Positions 1 to 12,180 of a stretch of DNA of 64,000 nt are shown in pieces (the first letter of the stretch is position 1; each line of letters starts with the position of its first letter). The notes under the pieces are model-generated. The model was given only the letters and a program-made list of their open reading frames with translations, had not been told where the DNA came from and did not search any database. The stretch lies in NCBI RefSeq assembly GCF_006345805.1, contig NC_043019.1, positions 13,391,360 to 13,455,359 on the forward strand. The letters are read 5' to 3'. This DNA is from Octopus sinensis (Eukaryota). The translations under genes were made by a program, and so were the position numbers.

Positions 1-120
1 ATGAAAATATACAGGATAATAGGATAATATGTTAAGCTAAAGCTTGCATACAGGACCCAGGGGGATTTTTTTTGTTTTTTCCTTTTTGAATCAAGTACAT
101 CTTATAAACCATCAAATACC

Positions 121-352
121 TATTTCTTTACTACCCACAAGGGACTAAATACAGATAGGACAAACAAGGACAGACAAACAGATTAAGTCGATTAAATCGA
201 CCCCAGTGCGTAACTGGTACTTAATTTATCGACCCCGAAAGGATGAAAGGCAAAGTTGACCTTGGCGGAATTTGAACTCAGAATGTGAAGACAAACGAAA
301 TACCACTAAGCATTCTGTCCGACGTGCTAACGATTCTGCCAGCTCGCCGCCT
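121..352 (-). mobile_element. tRNA-derived SINE with Meta/RUDI-like central domain
   Basis: Reverse complement gives a tRNA-like head (GGCGAGCTGGCAGAATCG...GAGTTCAAATTCC) followed by GTCAACTTTGCCTTTCATCCTTTCGGGGTCGATAAATTAAGTACCAG; about 20 copies in the window. Confidence 0.8.
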
Positions 353-454
353 TCAAATATGGTAGATATATGGGTGGGTGGGCGTGTGTGTATTAGTGTT
401 TCCTTGTCTTCATGTCTTGTGATAGTCGTAAATGAGCTTCATTTTCAGTCTTCC

Positions 455-632
455 GTGTGAAGCATGTCTGGCCATGGGGGAAATGTATGATTTCTTGGAA
501 GCAGATTGAGGGTTGGTGATAGGAAGAGCACCCAGCCGTAGAACATCTGCCTCAACAAATTTCATCCAACCTATGCAAGCATAGAAAATGCTTGAATTGA
601 ACAGTACAATGATGATGATGATGGTGGTGGTG
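455..632 (+). mobile_element. Diverged RTE-related short retroposon
   Basis: GGAAGAGCACCCAGCCGTAGAA ... CCAACCTATGCAAGCATAGAAAA ... (GAT)n tail, matching the family seen at 5128-5600. Confidence 0.55.
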
Positions 633-1194
633 ATGAATAGTACCAGATCAGCTTGATCAATCTCATGTATGATCAAAAGACATTCCAACTATGGCGATCC
701 ACTCATTGTTTTTTTTTTGTTTTTTTTTTATTCCTCAGGCACATTGTATCAGGAATAAAATTATCAAGCGTATCCGCATTTTCGTTTGTTCTGCTTCCTT
801 CAAGATGTTTCATGTTATTCGAGGAAGCTTTGGCTGCAATTTCTAGCAGGTCGTGCGACGACGTCGATGATGTGACACAGAACCTTAGTTCTCTTTTAAA
901 TATGTTTTTTTTTGTTTTCCTCCGGTTTTCTTCAATAATAATTAAAGTCCCTCAACGGAACACAAGATGTTACATCTTCTTAAAAAAAAAAAAAAAAAAA
1001 AAAATAAGCAACCATAAATTTCTGTGAAGCCTTTGAAGTCGGAATCTGAAGAAAATGGTGGGCGGGAAAAATGTCTGTTTTTCCGAGTCTTTCAAGTGTC
1101 AGAGCATGGAGACTGCGGATGAAACGCTCGCACATCAAATATAGATGGGAATTAAAACAGTGTTCTTAGAAAATAAAAATAAAATATATATATG

Positions 1195-1236
<42 letters not shown>

Positions 1237-1894
1237 TATAAAAGACCTTTTCAAGAATTATGCAGGAGATTATAGCGCTGCTAGAAATGTTTAAGGTCTA
1301 CTGCTTGCCCTCCTACTCTCCTCCTACTACTACTACTACCTATATGGCTGGTCGGCTTATCTTGCTCCCCCTTATCCTCCCTCGTTGCTCTTGGCCCGGT
1401 ACTTCACTCAGTATTTCGGTAGCAAAATTTTGATTATAGTCTGGTTAGTGTGTAAAGTGTGGTGTGGTAGGAAAATTATTGTGGCCTACTTTTTAGCGGA
1501 TCCACATGTAGCAGTAAATATGCATACATAAATACATGCATAAGCATGTATACACAAACACACATGTGTATATATCAAAGAGCTAGAGGAAGAAACTACA
1601 CATGCAGACTCACATACATACTTACATACACATATATATATATATACGTAATTTTTATGCATGGTTGGTGATGCAAGACGGGAAAGTAGGCCACAGAACA
1701 TTTGTTAACCTATGTAGTGGACATCCAAACATGATAGATTTAACTGTTTCACCATGAATTGAAAGCAAAAAATGATAAATAGCCTTAATAGATTCTCAGC
1801 CCTTTTTGGTGTCTCATCAGTGGTATCTGTATCATTTGATCAATCCCAGAAAAATAGCAATCGATTTATATATATATATTATATATATATATAG

Positions 1895-1929
<35 letters not shown>

Positions 1930-2284
1930 TATATGTATGTAATATAATTTTTCTGTGTCTTAAGATTTTAAATTGCTAGACCACTAGTTTAAAATTGATA
2001 TTAATCAAATTAATATTCAATTTTTCACACTCTTATTATTTTTTAATTTATCATATATATATTATATTATAATATAATATATATATAATATATGCCAAAT
2101 GGAAACGAATAACCATTCCTCCATTTGATCATCGTGAAAAATTAAGATAAGATATTTTCTTAACATGAAACCAATGGTAGCCTTTAATACACAAATCAAG
2201 AAATTTATCCACCAAAGCTGTGTTCTGCACTCATTCTCATTGTTCACCTTTTACAAATGTGTGTGTGTATGTAAATATATATAT

Positions 2285-2353
<69 letters not shown>

Positions 2354-2399
2354 TGCACACACACACATGCCAATATGTTGACTGCCTCATCTTGTCAAA

Positions 2400-3010
2400 T
2401 GGTAACCGTCTTGCATTAGACCTGATTGTTCTAGTTTATTTTCAACCATATATGTATGCAGATACGACTTTTCACACCATGCATCCATCCCCATAGGACT
2501 TCATAAAATGCAAAACAGATCTAGAAATGAAATGATTGTGAAACATCAATCTCATCATTGGATTACAGTGACAACAGCTTGTACAACACTTCTGCTGCTC
2601 TCTCGTTTGCAATAGTTTCTTCCAGTCACATGCATTTCAAGGTGACTGGTTGCTATTTTGACCATAGGTTTTAAGTCAGAGTAGCTTTCTCCTAGATCAG
2701 CTGCTTTCTCCATCGCCTTGTCAGAATCATACAGGAGCCTCTTCTAACCCTGGGAAATTTATTTAACCCCCAGCCATGACCTTCACAAGTATCACCATTC
2801 CAGGTGAGAACAGATTGTAGAGTAATAGTAATTGAGAGATGACTCTATGCTCCCCACAACTACAGAATTCCAGAACTGGAGCCTTACCGACGGATGCAGT
2901 TCAAATATTAATCAGCAGAAATGGGAGAGTGACACAAGGGCCGTAAGAGTTTCATGCATTGGCACTCTCAATGCATGAACCTTTTAGCCATTGAGTCACA
3001 CTGCAATTTC
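2400..3010 (-). mobile_element. Possible degenerate RTE-type 5' UTR fragment, hairpin-rich
   Basis: Minus strand contains GCAGCTGATCTAGGAGAAAGCTACTCTGACTTAAAACC, resembling a recalled RTE 5' motif; hairpins at 2623-2650 and 2924-3004. Confidence 0.3.
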
Positions 3011-3729
3011 TGCCAATTAAAACTGAAAAGCAATTGTGTGTGTGGGGGGGTTGTATTGTTTCTCTCTATAACTACCACATGACAACTGATGTGGGTTTAT
3101 TTATGTCCCCATAATTTACCAGTTCAGCAAAAGGAACCCATGAGAATAGAATAACTGCGAGACTTAACAAAAATTAAAAAAACAGTTTGTTGAACTAAAA
3201 ACCTTACAAGGCAGTGCCCCAGCATGGCCACAGTCCAAAGACCAAAACACATTAAAAATAAAACATTCATATAATTTTAATGTGCCATTTCAATTTCACA
3301 TTTTGCTCTATCTTTCATTTTTCTCCTGCTCAATATTTTTTTGTCTTATTTTTGTCTTATTTTGGTTTTTATTGTTTTTTCTATATATTCAGGTTTCTTT
3401 TGGTGGGGTTTTTTTTCCGGTTTTTTTTTTTTTTTGCCATTTTTTATTTCTTCACAAGTTCCAATTGTAGAACAATCCATCGATCTAGATTTTTAGCGTT
3501 TCATCATTTTAGTTTATGGTTTTTTTTATATTTGTTGGGTTATTTTCTTCTCCATCCTACAACCGCCCCACCCCCCCCTTCACCGCTAACAATGTTCAGA
3601 GTCTTTTGTTTTTTTGTTTTTGGTTTTTTTTTTTGGTTGATTCCTCAGCTCTTTGCAGAACTTTCAGTCACCCTTCCATAGTTCACACGTTTCGTTGTTC
3701 CACATTCGCTCACACATGGAAATGTGTAC

Positions 3730-3758
3730 GAGTCTGTGTATGTATACATATGTATGTG

Positions 3759-3789
<31 letters not shown>

Positions 3790-4069
3790 GCACACATGCA
3801 CACCCATATATAAGTAGGTATATTTATGTATATATATGCATTGATATATGTGCATAAGTATGTTGATGTATTCATATATATATATATGTATGTATGAATA
3901 CACCTACATATATATATGAATACATCTATATATATATATATGTGTGTGTGTGTGTATGTAAATGCATGCATGTATACATACATGTATTTATGTTTGTATG
4001 CATATACACATTTTGATACATATATGTGTGGTGTGTGTGTATATATGTGTATATATATACACACGCACG

Positions 4070-4109
<40 letters not shown>

Positions 4110-4376
4110 GCTTATATGGGTGTATGCATGTAAACGATGTAAATGTATTCAAACACTCACTAATATATATATACATACATACATACATACATACACACAC
4201 ACATATATATGCATAGATGCATATATACATGTATATGATATCTATGTATATATATATGTGTGTGTGTATGTAAATGCATGCATGTATACATACATGTATT
4301 TATGTTTGTATGCATATACACATTTGATACATATATGTGTGGTGTGTGTTATATGTGTATATATATACACACGCAC

Positions 4377-4418
<42 letters not shown>

Positions 4419-4590
4419 TATGCTTATATTGGTGTATGCATGTAAACGATGTAAATGTATTCAACACTCACTAATATATTATATACATACATACATAACA
4501 TACACACACACATATATATGCATAGATGCATATATATGTATATGATATCTATGTATATATATATGTGTGTGTGTATGTATGTATGTGTGG
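3730..4590. repeat. (TA)/(TG) microsatellite block containing a ~305-bp tandem duplication
   Basis: GTAAATGCATGCATGTATACATAC...TTCAAACACTCACTAAT occurs at ~3958 and again at ~4270. Confidence 0.85.
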
Positions 4591-5127
4591 ATGGGTATAG
4601 GTGTATATAAGGTTTACTAAACGTATCATTCAAATGGTCGGTGGAGGTGATCGGGAAGGGAGAGAGAAGGGGGAGGAACAAAATCAATGGCTACACAAGA
4701 TCAATACGCAACGTAGGTAGATCAATATGCCTATCTCATTGTACAGTTGCATCCATGTATGCCACCAGGTGATTAAATTGCCTGCTCCAACCCTTCTCCA
4801 CCCTTGTTCTCTCCTTCCCTCCTACACACCCCAACCTCTCCTCCCTCCATAACAATGGAAAGCTTATATATATATCATTGTTATAATTATCGTTGTCGTC
4901 GTCATCGTTTTGATCATTGCCGGCGTCAGCATCATTATCATTATCATCGTGTAATTATCATTGTTGGTGCCGTCATTGTTGTTGTCAGCATCGTTGTTTT
5001 CAACACCATCATCATCATCATCATTACCACCACCACCTCCACTGTCATAATCATCACTATCATAATCATCGTCGTCATCATCAGCAATCATAATCATCAT
5101 CAATATCACCATTTTCATTATCCATTA

Positions 5128-5600
5128 CCAGCGTCGCCTTACTGGCACTTGTGCTGGTGGCACGTCAACAAAACATTCGAGCGAGGTCATTGCCAGTGCT
5201 GCCGGACTGCCTCCTGTGCAGGTGGCACAAAGAAACAGCATTTGAGCATGATCGTTACCAGCGTCGCCTTACTGGCACTTGTGCCGGTGGCACGTGAACA
5301 AAACATTCGAGCGAGGTCATTGCCAGTGCTGCCGGACTGACTCCTGTGCAGGTGGCATGTAAAAAGCACCATGTGAGTGTGGCCTTTGCTAGTGCCACCT
5401 GACTGGCCCTCGTGCCAGTGGCACATAAAAGCACCCATTTCACTCTCGGAGTGGTTGGCGTTAGGAAGGGCATCCAGCTGTAGAAACTCTGCCAGATCAA
5501 GATTGGAGCCTGGTGCAGCCATCTGGTTCGCCAGCCCTCAGTCAAATCATCTAACCCATGCCAGCATGGAAAGCGGACGTTTAATGATGATGATGATCAC
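5128..5600 (+). mobile_element. RTE-related non-autonomous retroposon with 5' subrepeat array
   Basis: About five ~60-bp units carrying GTGCCRGTGGCAC...AAAA, then core GGAGTGGTTGGCGTTAGGAAGGGCATCCAGCTGTAGAAAC, then CCCATGCCAGCATGGAAAGCGGACGTT and a (GAT)n tail. Confidence 0.7.
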
Positions 5601-6084
5601 TGTCATAATCATCATCATCATCATATTTGTCAGTGTCATCGTCAGCATCATTATCACCCACACCCCCATCATCAGTGTCATCATCAATCACCAATGTCAT
5701 CACGCTTGTCATCGTCATCAGCTACACCGCCATCATCATCATGCCCATTACCAACGTCATCAACGTCATCATCATGTCCATAATCGTCGTCATCATTTAC
5801 TGTCCATGTTGTTTATGTCAATCATACTCGTCGTCATCATCGTCATCATTATCTACATGGCATAGACTCGTTGGCAATTAGTACAGAAGAACTTGACAAA
5901 TAGACTGGGTCGTTAAGACAAATTAATCAATCGATCTAAATAGCCGTAACGAATTAGTTCCCGGGACGGATCTAACAGAACAACAACAACAACAGCAGCA
6001 ATTAGGAAGAATGGTGAGAGATTCTCTGCAGAATTATCAGGAGACCAGCACGCTTTGTTGATATGCAATTTTTAGCATTTGATA

Positions 6085-6960
6085 TAATGGTGATGATGAT
6101 GATGGTGGTAGTTGTGGTGGTGGTGGTGGTGATGAGGATGGTGGTGGTGGTGGTGGTGGTGATGTGGGTGGTGGTGGTGGTGGTAGTTGTGGTGATGTGG
6201 GTGATGGTGGTAGTAGTTGTGGTGGTGGTAGTAGTTATGGTAGTGGTAGTAGTTATGGTGGTGGTAGTTGTTGTGGTGGTGGTGATGTGGGTGGTGGTGG
6301 TGATGGTGAGGTAGTTGTCGTGATGCGGGTGGTGGTGGTAGTAGTTGTGGTGGTGGTAGTAGTTATGGTGGTAGTAGTTAGTAGTTATTGTGCAGTGGTA
6401 GTAGTTGTGGTGGTGGTAGTAGTTGTGGTGGTGGTAGTAGTTATGGTAGTGGTAGTAGTTATGGTGGTGGTAGTTGTTGTGGTGGTGGTGGTGGTGGTAG
6501 TTGTGGTAGTAGTAGTAGTTGTGGTGGTGGTAGTAGTTATGGTTGTAGTAGTTGTGGTGGTGGTGGTGTTGATCATGGTGACGATGACGATGATGGTGGT
6601 AGTGTGTGATGATGGTTATAAGGATAATGGTTGTGATGGTGGTGATCATGGTGATGATGTCCATGATAGTGGTGTATGATGATGGGTATTGTGGTGTTGG
6701 TGGTAGTAGTGGTGTTGGTAGTGATGATAATGGTTGTGGTGGTTATGGTGCTGGTGATGATGATGATGATAGTGGTAGTGATGATGATTATTATGATAAT
6801 AGTCGTGATGGTGGTGACGGTGGTGGTGGTGATCATGATGGTGGTGCTGGTGGTTGTTATGCTAATGGTGGTGATCGTTAGGGTGGTGCGGTGATGACGA
6901 TGACATGGCTACTGATGTTGATGATGATGATGATGATTACTACTACAATACTTTTGCGAT
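6085..6960. repeat. Cryptic (GGT/AGT/GAT)n trinucleotide block
   Basis: Directly visible; source of the poly-V/T/H/G ORFs. Confidence 0.95.
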
Positions 6961-7424
6961 ATTGATGATGATGATGAGGAGGAGGAAGAGGAGATGGTCG
7001 TACGACTTAAGTGAGCCCGCATTTGCTGATTTATTTCACTCTCTTCGTCTCTGCTAATGAATGAATCTAATTAAAAATGCATATTAATCATTCGAGTAGT
7101 TTCTCCTTTTGTTTTGTTGCTCTTGTTTTTGGTTATATTGTTTTGTTTTGGTTTTTTTCTTTCTTCATTCATAATATTTTTGCGTGACATGCATAAAGCT
7201 ATATGTGTGTGTGTGTGTATGTATGGTTTGGTCCTATTTATCTGTGTGTGTGTGTGTGTTTGTGGTGTGAAGACACATGGTTTAGTGGTTATGGTATTCA
7301 GCTCACAATCGTAAAGTCAAGAGTTCAATTCCCAGCAGCACCTTGTGTCCTTCACGTTACCCCAGTCCCCTCTGCTAGCAAAAGTGAGTTGTCCCTGTAA
7401 TCCAAAGGGCTACCCTTTTTTTTT

Positions 7425-7640
7425 TTTCTACTCTAGGCACAAGGTCCGAAATTTTGTAGGAGGGGGCCAGTCAATTAGATCAATCCCAGTATGCAACTGG
7501 TACTTCATTTATCAACCCCGAAAGGATGAAAGGCAAAGTCAACCTCGGCGGAATTTGAACTCAGAATGTAAAGACAGACAAAATACCACTAACCATTTTG
7601 CCCAGCCAGTTAAAATTTCTGCCAGCTTAACTCAGTGCCT
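7425..7640 (-). mobile_element. Meta/RUDI-like SINE
   Basis: CAACCCCGAAAGGATGAAAGGCAAAGTCAACCTCGGCGGAATTTGAACTCAG motif. Confidence 0.8.
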
Positions 7641-8064
7641 ATAATATATAAGTGACTGAAATTACAGCACTCTTGCCCCTGGATAGGATACCAGTCCATT
7701 GCAGTTACTGGAACTTATTTACAAATGAAGTGTTTCACTCAAGAACACAATGCACCACCCAGTCTGGGAAATGAAACCAAGATCTTTACAATCATGAATG
7801 CAATGCTCTAACCACAAAGCCATAAGCCTTTGCTTGGGAGAACAAAGCCCAACGTTTATCATGCCATCTTCGTGTTTTAAAACTAATCTAGCAGATTTTG
7901 GGAGTGGTCAGAACTATTTCCTGCTGAGCCCCTACTTACTGCATGTTCTGTTTGTTGTCCATTGTTGCATGAGATTTGGTGGGTCATTATAGGGAATGAT
8001 TTTGTCTGGTGCGTGTTGTACAAGACTGTATATGCCTGTGTATGTGTCTGCATGTATGACTCTT

Positions 8065-8495
8065 GGATTGGATTGGATTGGATTGGAATGCCCATGTTCA
8101 GTCCACTGCAGGACGAAGGCCTCAACAGGTTCTCTCTGCACCCAGCCATGGACCGATGTGGAGGTTGTCAATTAGAGCTTGAGATCATACTGGTTTGAGG
8201 AACCTGCTCTGCCCTGCAGAATGAAGGCCCCAGCATGCTCCCTTCACCCAGCCATGGCCCAGTGTAGAGGCCATGAATTTGAGCTTGATAAACCTGCTCT
8301 GCCCTGCAGAATGAAGGCCCCAGCATGCTCTCTTCACCCAACCATGGCTCAGTGTAGAGGCCATGAATTTGAGCTTGAGATCAAACTGGTTCCTCTCCCC
8401 TGCAGAATGAAAGCCTCAGCATGTTCTCTCCACCCAACTACAGACCAATGCGGAGGTCATAAACTTGTGCTTGAGATCATACTAGTTTGGTGATC
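8065..8495 (-). mobile_element. RTE LINE 3' end amplified as ~4 tandem 85-100 bp units
   Basis: Minus-strand translation HGWVQREPVEAFVLQWT resembles RTE ORF C-termini (EAFVQQW type); (CCAAT)n tail; units repeat GGCCTTCRTYCTGCAG. Confidence 0.6.
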
Positions 8496-8564
8496 CCACT
8501 CTGCTACACAGGCTCAATTGACATGGCTTGGCAAAGGGGTGCAGTTTTTTTTTTCCTACTCATA

Positions 8565-8970
8565 GGCGCAGGAGTGGCTGTGTGGTAAGTAGCTTGTTTA
8601 CCAACCACATGGTTCCGAGTTCAGTCCCACTGCATGGCATCTTGGGCAAGTGTCTTCTGCTATAGCCCCGGGCCAACCAATGCCTTGTGAATGGATTTGG
8701 TAGACGGAAACTGAAGAAAGAAGCCTGTCGTATATATGTATATATATATATGTGGTGTGTATATGTTTGTGTGTGTTTTGTCCCCTAGCATTGCTTGACA
8801 ACCGATGCTAATGTGTTTACGTCCCCGTTACTTAGCGGTTCAGCAAAAGAGACCGATAGAATAGGTACTGGGCTTACAAAGAATAAGTCCCGGGTCGATT
8901 TGCTCGACTAAAGGCCGTGCTCCAGCATGGCCGCAGTCAAATGACTGAAACAAATAAAAGAGTAAAGAGT
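8565..8970 (+). mobile_element. CORE-type tRNA-derived SINE (resembles octopus OR families), full length
   Basis: Head GGCGCAGGAGTGGCTGTGTGGT...GTTCAGTCCC; CORE-like GGCATCTTGGGCAAGTGTCTTCT; internal (TA/TG)n; tail CATGGCCGCAGTCAAATGACTGAAAC-(AAAAGAGT)n. Confidence 0.8.
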
Positions 8971-9779
8971 ATACATCGACCCCAGTGTTCAACTGGTACT
9001 TATTTTATGACCCCCAAAAGGATGAAAAGCTAAGTTATCTTTGGTGGAATTTGAACTCAGAACATAGCGGCAGACAAAATACCACTAAGCCTTTCACCAC
9101 ACGTATTAACGATTCTACCTGCTTGCCGCCCTCATAACTCTTCGCTACATAATTAATCACATAACTTCCGTCGCCTCTGTGATCAGCCGTTTACTAAATC
9201 ATCGAGGAATATATTCCTCCATGAACCACATACCTCTTCCCACACCCCTCCATCCCTCCCCCCCCTCTCTCCTCCTCCTCCGCTTTTGTCCCTCCTCTCT
9301 TCCCTCTCTCTTTCTTCCCTCTTCTCTTCCCCTCTCCTCTCTCTCTCTCCTCCTTCCCTCATGTACCAAAAGCACGAATGTAGTAGAGTAGTTTGCCAAA
9401 ATAATTTACAATACTTTGTTGATAAGCTTTTTCTGTTAAAGAATTTCCTTTTAGCGCCGTTGAGTAATGACTTCACCCGATAAACCAAACCAATATTTTT
9501 ACTTCCCTGGCATTAACTAACCACACCGCCACCAAGCCAGCGGCCGGCTGGCCAGCCATTTTACTCTAAAAATAAGACCAATATTTGCAGATGATAAAAC
9601 CTCTTTAAAATATTTAGTTTCGTGACTTACGGCAAGGACACAAACGAACCATTGTGGCTCTTTTGTATTAGTTTCCATTTCCAATTCCAATATGACAGCT
9701 TTGCAACCACAGCAACAACAATAACGATGAGGGAAAGGAAGAGGAGTTGCAACAGGTTGAGACAAGAGAGAGAGAGAGA

Positions 9780-10290
9780 GCTCTTATGCGTTGCTTTCAA
9801 AAGTGTGAGATGAGAGCTCCTATATATTTGTCCAAAAGTTTGAGAGAGTGAGAGAGAACTATGTATTGTGTGAGAAAAATAGAAGAGAGCTCCTATGAAT
9901 TGCATCCGAAATTTGAGAGAAAGAGAGGGAGTGAGTGAGTGAGTACTATGTATTGTGTCCTGAAGTGTGTGTGAGTGAGTGAGTGAGTGCTATATATTGT
10001 GTCCTGAAGTCTGTGAGAGTGAGAGAGAGAGAAGAGAGCTCTTGTATCTTGTGTATGTTGTGCCAGACAGTGTGAGAGAGAGGTAGAACTGTGTATTATA
10101 TCCATATGTGTGAGAAAGGGAGAAAAAGGGCTCCTGTTTGTTGTGGCCAAAAGAGTAAGAGAGAGAGAGAGAACTTTGATATTTTTCATTCAAAAGTGAG
10201 AGGGAGAGACAGTATATTGCATCCAAACCGAAAGTGTATGAAAAAGAGAGAAGGAACCCCTTCATATTGTATCTGAAAATGTGTGTGTGT
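9780..10290. repeat. Degenerate minisatellite interleaved with (GA)n/(GAGT)n
   Basis: About ten variants of CTATRTATTGTGTCC..AAGTGTGAGAG. Confidence 0.6.
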
Positions 10291-10699
10291 CAGTGTGTCT
10301 GAATTGTATTTTGATTTATAGGGTGAAAGGAATGAATTGAAAACGTAAGCTTTGCCGGGCAGCAAATATTTCCAATTCACCTTTGGCTACGTCTTCCATA
10401 AAAAAAAAAGAAAAAAAAGACTTCTTCACCACTAAAACGAATGACCAAATAAATAACAAAATTCTTGGTCAGTGCTGGAACCTCCTTTCTGATAATAAAA
10501 ACCTGATTTTATGTTCTTGCTGGTTCCTGCTGATTTATTTACAGTAAACGGCAAAGTTGACCTCAGCAGGATTTGAGCTCAGAACTTAAAGTGCCTGAAG
10601 AAATGAAGACATGTTGCTTAGCATTTTTCCCAAACTGGTAATAACTCTGCCAGCTCACTGCTTTTAATAGAAATAGTAGTAAAAATAACGATGATTTTT

Positions 10700-11110
10700 T
10701 TTAATTTTGACACAAGGCCAGCAATTTCGGTGGAGGGAATAAGTCGATTGCATCGACCCCAGAGTTTGACTGGTGTTTATTTTATCGACTCCCTAAAGGA
10801 TGAAAAGCCAAGTCAACCTCAATGGAGTTTGAACACAAAATGTGAAGACAAACAAAATGCCATTAAGCATTTCACTTGGCGTGCTAACAGTTCTGCCTGT
10901 TCACTGCCTTAATAACAATGATAATAATAATAATAATAATCCTTTCTACTACAGGCACAAGACCTGAAATTAGGGCAGGAGGAGACTAGTCTATTACATC
11001 GACCCCAGTGTTTTACTGTTACTTAACTTATCGACCCTGAAAGGAGGAAAGGTAAAGTCAACCTCAGTGGAATTTAAACTCAGAATGTAAAGATGGACAA
11101 AATATTGCTA
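10700..11110 (-). mobile_element. Two adjacent Meta/RUDI-like SINE copies
   Basis: Two GGATGAAA/GGAGGAAAGG-CAACCTCA-GGAATTT motifs; (AAT)n tail at 10912-10940. Confidence 0.7.
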
Positions 11111-11120
11111 AGCAATATTT

Positions 11121-11533
11121 GGCGTAGGAGTGGCTGTGTGGTATGTAGCTTGCTTACCAACCACATGGTTCCGGGTTCAGTCCCACTACGTGGCACCTTG
11201 GGCAAGTGTCTTCTACTATAACCTCAGGCTGACCAATCCTTGTGAGTGGATTTGGTAGACGGAAACTGAAAGAAGCCCGTCGTATATATGTATATATGTG
11301 TGTGTGTGTATGTTTGTGTGTCTGTGTTTGTGCCCCCAACATTGCTTGTCAACCGATGTGAGTGTGTTTATATCCCTGTAACTTAGCGGTTCAGCAAAAG
11401 AGAGACTGATAGAATAAGTACTAGGCTTACAAAGAATAAGTCCTGGGGTCGATTTGCTCGACTAAAGGCAGTGCTCCAGCATGGCCGCAGTCAAATGACT
11501 GAAACAGGTAAATGAGTGAAAGAGTAAAAGAGT
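11121..11533 (+). mobile_element. CORE-type SINE, full length
   Basis: Same head, CORE-like domain and tail as 8565-8970. Confidence 0.8.
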
Positions 11534-12180
11534 ATCAAATACACTCACAAGGCTTTGGTCAGCCCAGGGCTAGAGTAGAAGACACTTACCCAAGGTGCAA
11601 TACAGTGGGACTGAACCCAGGCCCCTGGTGTTGGGAAGCAAACTTCTTACCACACAGCCAGACAGTAAATTTTTTCCCTTAATTTTGGGGTAGTGGGTAT
11701 GGAAGGTCATTCTTAAATGTCCCTCCGACGTTACACAGATGCCTCAATTTTGGGCAAGCTCCAGTTCTACTCACCAGTTTTCGAGCATTTTGCTTTCCTA
11801 GATTTTCCATTTTTATTTATATTTTTTCTTCTTTGATTCCAACGAAATTGATGATGATGGTGATGTTGATGATGGTTAGTTCATAGTGAAAGTGCTGTTG
11901 ACTCCTACAAAGTTATAAACCACACTTATTGTTTGTTTGTTGGTTGGTTGGTTGGTTGGTTGGTTGGTTTGTGCATTTTGCTCTTGTTTGTTGCGAAATA
12001 CAGCCGAGTGGTTTTTCCCTCCGAATCTATGTTTACGACTTCTGTGCTCTCTCCTAAGTGAAGAGAGATATATAGGACTGAAAGGTTTTAAAACAAATGT
12101 TTGTGTGTGTTTCGATCTCTTGGTGTATGTGATAGTGTGTATATGTATCCATGTGTGTGCTTAATCTCCATATATATATA

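Noticed and set aside
740-935. Minus-strand open frame ...IIEENRRKTKKNIFKRELRFCVTSSTSSHDLLEIAAKASSNNMKHLEGSRTNENADTLDNF...
   Set aside because: No recognisable homology, weak acceptor, and bounded by poly(A/T) runs; insufficient to call an exon.
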